A stretch of DNA of 64,000 bases, taken from Phycisphaeraceae bacterium. GTDB taxonomy: Bacteria > Planctomycetota > Phycisphaerae > Phycisphaerales > Phycisphaeraceae. The stretch lies in assembly GCA_963674705.1 (NCBI GenBank), contig OY771506.1, positions 224,001 to 288,000 of the forward strand, in the 5' to 3' direction. This document shows positions 60,101-64,000 of the stretch, one piece after another. Positions within the stretch are counted from its first letter, which is position 1; the number at the start of each line of letters is the position of its first letter. The translations under genes and the position numbers were made by a program. The notes beneath the pieces are model-generated. The model saw nothing but the letters and a program-made list of their open reading frames with translations. It did not search any database and was not told the origin of the DNA.

Positions 60101-61694
60101 GCGCCTTGTCCAGCATCTGCTGACGCAGGTAGATACCCGCCAGCGCCAGACGGATCACCGGGAAGTTCGGGTTCGCTTCAAGGATCTGCTCGTAACGTTC
60201 CGCCGCCGCGCCCCACTCGCCCTGCTGGGCTCGCGCTCGCGCCGACAGCAACATCACTTCCGCCTTCTCGCGGCTGAACGCATCGAACTTCTCCGCCGCC
60301 TGATCGATCAACAACAAACCCTCGCGGGTGCGCCTCTGATCCAGCGCAAGCCGGCCCTTCAACAGCAGCACGCGTGCATTTTCGCCGTACCCCGTCGCCG
60401 ACATCTGATCCAGCACCGTCTGCGCTTCTGCCTGCATCCGGTCACGCTCTTGCTCGCTCTCCGCCTTCTCCGCAAGACTGATCATCAGGTCCGCGTATTC
60501 AACCAGGGCCATGTTCTTCAACGAATAGTTACGCAATACCTCAAGGTAATTGCCCTGCGTGCTCAGGTCCTTCACCTTCGCGATCTGATCCTTGGCCTTT
60601 TCATATTCCGTCGCCAGGCGGTATTCCGTCCCCAACAGAAGCGGGTAGCGCGGATCATTAGGATTGGCTTGCTCCGCTCGCTCAAGCAGCGCGATCGACC
60701 GCTGGATACCCTCGTTGTTCGCTATCTTCTGCTGATCCGTCTCTTCTTCAGCCGCTTCTTCCAGCGTGTCTTTTGCATAAATCAGCTTCAGGTACTGCTG
60801 TGCCAGACTCACCGTGTTAAACGGCTCGGGCTTCTCCAGTAGCTTCTTCTCCAACCGGTCCAGGATGGGCTTGACCTCGGCGTACGGGTCTTCCGCACTC
60901 CTGTCCAGCCTCAGCGTCTGCAGCACCAACTGCATGTATTCAAGATCGAGCGTGGGATCATCGGGATTCGCATCAAGCAGCTTCTTCGACATCGCCAACG
61001 CTTCATCACGCAACTGCTGCGCCTTCTGCGGATCGCCGCCGGGTTGATCCAGACGCTTGGCCTGGAACACGTTCCACTTCGCCAGGGTGTTGATCACCTC
61101 GGGGTCGTCCGGGTAATCCGCCATCGCCAACACCAGGTCGTCACGCACGAGGTTGATGTCCTCTTCGGTCAGCTCCGCGTTCAGCAGCGGCATGCCGTAG
61201 ACACCGCGCATACGACGCGCCAGCTTGTCGTTGGGATTCGCTTCCAGCCGCTCGACCGCCGCCGCATGCAGGTAACGCAGGTAAGGATGCAACCCGCCGC
61301 GCGTCTGAAGCTTCTCGATCATGTGCTTGATCAGGTCTTCGTAATCCTGAAGGTACTTTTCGGAGTTCGGGTCCATACGCGCCAGACCGACCGTATTGGC
61401 ACGAACCAGGTTTAGCGTATTGTCCGCCTCGACCTGGTCGGTCGCCGGGATCTTCTTGGCCAGTTCGATGTACTTCTGGATGATCGCCGGGTCCGTCTTG
61501 CTGCGGTTCACCGCCCGCTGCATCGTCTCCAACGCCAAGTCGTACTCACCCTCTTCAAACTGCTGCTCGCTGGCAACCACCAGGTCGTCCACGTCTTTGG
61601 ACATGACCATCGCAACCACCGCAATACCGCCGACCAACGCGATGACGACCGCACTGAGGATGATGACAAACCTTGTATTCACTTGAGCTGCCAT
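57147..61694 (-). CDS. Large membrane-anchored TPR protein (PrsT-like context)
   Basis: N-terminal TM, many TPR-like units (…ALKQKPDN…, LNNMAYLLA, VLDTLGWI); located in the exosortase operon. Confidence 0.88.
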   Translation of the reverse strand: MAAQVNTRFVIILSAVVIALVGGIAVVAMVMSKDVDDLVVASEQQFEEGEYDLALETMQRAVNRSKTDPAIIQKYIELAKKIPATDQVEADNTLNLVRANTVGLARMDPNSEKYLQDYEDLIKHMIEKLQTRGGLHPYLRYLHAAAVERLEANPNDKLARRMRGVYGMPLLNAELTEEDINLVRDDLVLAMADYPDDPEVINTLAKWNVFQAKRLDQPGGDPQKAQQLRDEALAMSKKLLDANPDDPTLDLEYMQLVLQTLRLDRSAEDPYAEVKPILDRLEKKLLEKPEPFNTVSLAQQYLKLIYAKDTLEEAAEEETDQQKIANNEGIQRSIALLERAEQANPNDPRYPLLLGTEYRLATEYEKAKDQIAKVKDLSTQGNYLEVLRNYSLKNMALVEYADLMISLAEKAESEQERDRMQAEAQTVLDQMSATGYGENARVLLLKGRLALDQRRTREGLLLIDQAAEKFDAFSREKAEVMLLSARARAQQGEWGAAAERYEQILEANPNFPVIRLALAGIYLRQQMLDKAQDQIDVILLDDPNNERALVTQAAILAARGDVDGAVAIYRDLDLPNRPDLAVGLAQILIKGNRKDQAAKMLQYYFDADPTNLNLLGLLLNAVDGVDKQMALIEQARQAGADEDMLSLMSAQIDPTTPGANLDDTIASIIDKLDGPFKKAISKAQLYRQAGEHDKARAALAEAEKINPEDKAVIDMKFNYALQDNDLTLAQELADIAVQRNLDEANGSFYQAQVSRARGDFSGAIEYLKIGLDIVPINSEGWRMLGDIHVADKNDRDAVTAYETALKQKPDNLGAIRGLASIRDRQGRNDEALEMLRRAQAQYPSNSQLRELYLGYEGRYGDKQKALRLRRELQQINPADTNNMRSLAMLLAETGKSSEGEQIIRDLITSEGQTPLNTIALATIQRYAGNPQQGAQTIRTYIESRGSDAGMNDYLLLARFLIQIKDGSGAFNAYKQAIAVEDEQRSASRELAALFFQRNIYDRAAPLYRDLYEQFPDDIRLGLRLADSLIRTEQFDEAAKVLDGLEGGATEDALAALIAEQKGDHDDAIRLINRAIENEPGSAVFHYERAALNSHDPDLTDEVMRDLNTALSYDPNHLLSRRLLVGMYLRRGERNEAIRELTNLVTRYPENTDARLTLIRMYAQMGNLTRAKTLARQGIEEAEDQPIWYAAMGDLALREDDYQTAIDSYKRVFELDPKPGSLLKITTMQIENGRAADAQAMLRENADMVNAQPLLQAVMGRALYAMDKQAEAGQVFARAIERCQSLGQLMGVAMQVREDYTLEETASLLQGLANPPSELWIGLSLANMEFNDGLIDQAYNRLLALEPTLSAEDTAERMSYEQIMAPVLHKMGKSEEAMAHYRRLAEQMPDNATVLNNMAYLLADDMGKVEEALPLAERAAELQPKSAQVLDTLGWIQFKSGQLEEARRTLEASIAEESLPANHLHLGELLIEQGYRAEGIRHLRTAVDLAEQTNEPDMLKEAQEQLKRVEDLTEAS

Positions 61695-61700
61695 GAGCGC

Positions 61701-63881
61701 TTACTCTCCGTTACCCGTTTTCGAAACGGGCCCCTGTTCTGCGGGCCATCGGCCCTCGGTGACGTCCACCCAGTCGGGCAGACATGACATGATCTCCGGC
61801 ATCAATTCTGATAACAGCGATGAGACACGCTCCATCGCCTCGTCCTTATCCGGCACTTCTACCGTTACCTGAATCTTGCAGTAATAGCTGTACTTGTCTC
61901 GCAGGTCGAAACCGTTGGCCCGCACCGCGTTCGGCGAGGGCAGGAACTTGCCGTTGGCGACAAAGAAGTACGCCACGTTCAATCGCTGATTGTTGCGCGC
62001 GGGATTCGCGAACGTGAAGTACGTCGCGTGAACATCAACCTCCGGGATGCGCACCTCGTCACCAAACCCGGTGTCCTTCACCGCATGCAGATACGCACCT
62101 TCACGCTGCGGGTCAGGCTTGTAACCGTCGCCCTCCAGGTGAAGCACCGTACCGCCGCCGGCAACCTGGTCCATGCCGCCTGCCTTGAAGCACTGCTGCG
62201 GCACGTGCGGCACCGTGTCCACCGTACCCGTGTAATACGCGATGTGAACATCCGCGAACCGGCCCCGTGCGTTGCCCGCCCACAGCGTGTCCTCGTACGT
62301 ACGGTTCACGTACATCTTCGTACCGAGTTCGTCCTCGACGTCCTTGTTCAACGGCGGGTCCTGCTTGATGAACTTCCACCGACCGGTGGGGTGTTCCAAA
62401 CGATCCAGCGACTTACGCAGCGGCACTTCCGCCTTGAACATCACCACGTCGTTCGCTTCAAGGATTGCCACCTGACCCACCATCGCCGTCACCAGGAAGC
62501 CGCCTGACATCGCCAGCACAACACCCCGCTTACGGCCACGACTGACACTGCCATCACGCGGAACCAACCGGGGCCAGATCATCAGCGACAGCGACCAGAG
62601 CAGAAACAGCACAACCCCCGAGGCTACGATCGCCACGACTCGAACAGTCGTTTCTGAGCCACCGATACGGTCTACCAGCAGGTCGGGCCTGACCGCAACA
62701 ACCGTTTGAACATACAACAGGCACGCAAGGAAGGTCATTGCGGCGCCGAACAATGCGCCTTTCATAATCGTTGAGGTTTGTACTTCTGTCGGAGCGTTCT
62801 GGTTGAGGATCTGTTTCCCATCCGGACCACGCATGACCTGACGAGCTTCCTCGACATCATCACTGTCATCCATCACCTTGCGGATCAGCCAGCTAAGACC
62901 AAAACTATTAACCATCCTGGTGTGCTTCTTGTAGTCACTTTTTGCCTTGTCCAGATCGGCCTGCGACTCGTCATCAAGGATCACCATCTTGTCCAGCACC
63001 CAGCCCAGCAGCCAGAACAGACCCGCGGCCGGGATCAGCATCAGCATGCCAACGAAGATGTGGAAGTCGCCCTTGGCGTACTCCGGGGCATAAACGTGCA
63101 GGATGCCCAGCGTCGTGACACGCCCGACGTTCACCGACACCGCGATCGGCAGCGTCATCAATACCATGATCGCTCGCTGCCACCACAACCGCGGAAACAG
63201 GAACGCCATCGCAACACCCAGCGCCAGAAACGCCATCAGCATCCGCAATCCCGAACACGCTTCCGCGACGTTCATCGGCGGATCAATCTTCATCCCGTGG
63301 TGGAAGATATCGATCGTGTTGCCTCGGACCGTGGCTTCAAGATCGAGGAACATACCGATGACATTCAGCAGGAAAGTAGAGCTGACCGATGCGGTCGTCT
63401 GCAGCTTTAACGCCACCAGTTCCCAGAGCTTCTGCGAGACTTTCACGCCAAAGCCCAGGTAGAAAATCGGGAACCACAGGATCATCATCATCCGCGGCCC
63501 CAGGATGAACAGCACCAGCCCGAACAACGAGATGATCATGCTGTAACCCTGGAACATGTCGTTGCGCCCGGGATAAATCCAGAACGCGTAGCTGACCATG
63601 CCGAAGAGCATGATCGGCAGGCCCCACCAGCAGACCTGGGCATTGAGTTGCACCAACCTCGCCCGCTGCTGGAACAGGTAATAGATGCCGATCAGCGGGA
63701 CCAATAGCGCGTGAGACCAGTCCGGGTCGTCCAGCGAGATAAGCAGGGAGCGATACAGGAAGTTGCGGTGAAGCAACATGAATAGAACAGTGAGTACAGC
63801 GATCCAAGCCCAGCCGCGTTGGGTAATAAGCGGCCGCGCATCGCTGGCGGTTGTCAGGTTCGTCGCCGCGGTGCTCGTCAT
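61701..63881 (-). CDS. Exosortase (EpsH-like) fused to a C-terminal EpsI-like domain
   Basis: DWSHALLVP, VAEACSGLR (catalytic Cys), NVGRV (Arg), FHIFVG (His); C-terminal YYTG...HVPQQCF..GG resembling EpsI. Confidence 0.92.
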   Translation of the reverse strand: MTSTAATNLTTASDARPLITQRGWAWIAVLTVLFMLLHRNFLYRSLLISLDDPDWSHALLVPLIGIYYLFQQRARLVQLNAQVCWWGLPIMLFGMVSYAFWIYPGRNDMFQGYSMIISLFGLVLFILGPRMMMILWFPIFYLGFGVKVSQKLWELVALKLQTTASVSSTFLLNVIGMFLDLEATVRGNTIDIFHHGMKIDPPMNVAEACSGLRMLMAFLALGVAMAFLFPRLWWQRAIMVLMTLPIAVSVNVGRVTTLGILHVYAPEYAKGDFHIFVGMLMLIPAAGLFWLLGWVLDKMVILDDESQADLDKAKSDYKKHTRMVNSFGLSWLIRKVMDDSDDVEEARQVMRGPDGKQILNQNAPTEVQTSTIMKGALFGAAMTFLACLLYVQTVVAVRPDLLVDRIGGSETTVRVVAIVASGVVLFLLWSLSLMIWPRLVPRDGSVSRGRKRGVVLAMSGGFLVTAMVGQVAILEANDVVMFKAEVPLRKSLDRLEHPTGRWKFIKQDPPLNKDVEDELGTKMYVNRTYEDTLWAGNARGRFADVHIAYYTGTVDTVPHVPQQCFKAGGMDQVAGGGTVLHLEGDGYKPDPQREGAYLHAVKDTGFGDEVRIPEVDVHATYFTFANPARNNQRLNVAYFFVANGKFLPSPNAVRANGFDLRDKYSYYCKIQVTVEVPDKDEAMERVSSLLSELMPEIMSCLPDWVDVTEGRWPAEQGPVSKTGNGE

Positions 63882-64000
63882 GCGTTAAACACAAGCCTCA
63901 AAGTGCAATACGTTCCTCACCCACCACCTTCCCCTCGGGCGATTCGCCCATTGGGTCACGATGGTGTATTACGTCCGACAACGCCAGCCGGTTCTACAGA

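Overview
High-GC bacterial chromosomal window. The gene styles suggest Planctomycetota, probably Phycisphaerae; this is an inference, not a tested assignment. Left to right it holds: (1) the 5' part of a ROK-family regulator, missed by the ORF track; (2) a sucA-sucB-lpdA 2-oxoglutarate dehydrogenase operon; (3) a large surface-glycan region with a GT-C glycosyltransferase, a Wzz-like protein, two GT4s, FIVE sulfotransferases, a Wzy/ligase-like protein, a MurJ-like flippase, a WbaP-type priming transferase and a TauE-type transporter; (4) murD; (5) a pilT / membrane-anchored degenerate PilB-like ATPase / CvpA-like gene trio; (6) a four-gene PEP-CTERM cluster; (7) a sugar-binding protein and a GH17-like lipoprotein lying between an intact hisF and an internally deleted hisF copy; (8) a phosphodiester glycosidase; (9) two giant repeat-module PEP-CTERM proteins; (10) rpsB-tsf; (11) a sulfatase; (12) an exosortase(EpsH-EpsI fusion)-TPR-Wzc-epimerase-WecA operon. 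Seven PEP-CTERM substrates are present. Non-coding DNA carries many short-period repeats: a composite (TCGGGTA)n + hairpin element in three copies, several empty inverted-repeat cassettes built from 7-10-mers, and two repeat tracts inserted in frame into murD and hisF. I recognised no rRNA, tRNA, CRISPR array, transposase, integrase or reverse transcriptase. All family calls come from motifs read by eye; no database search was run.
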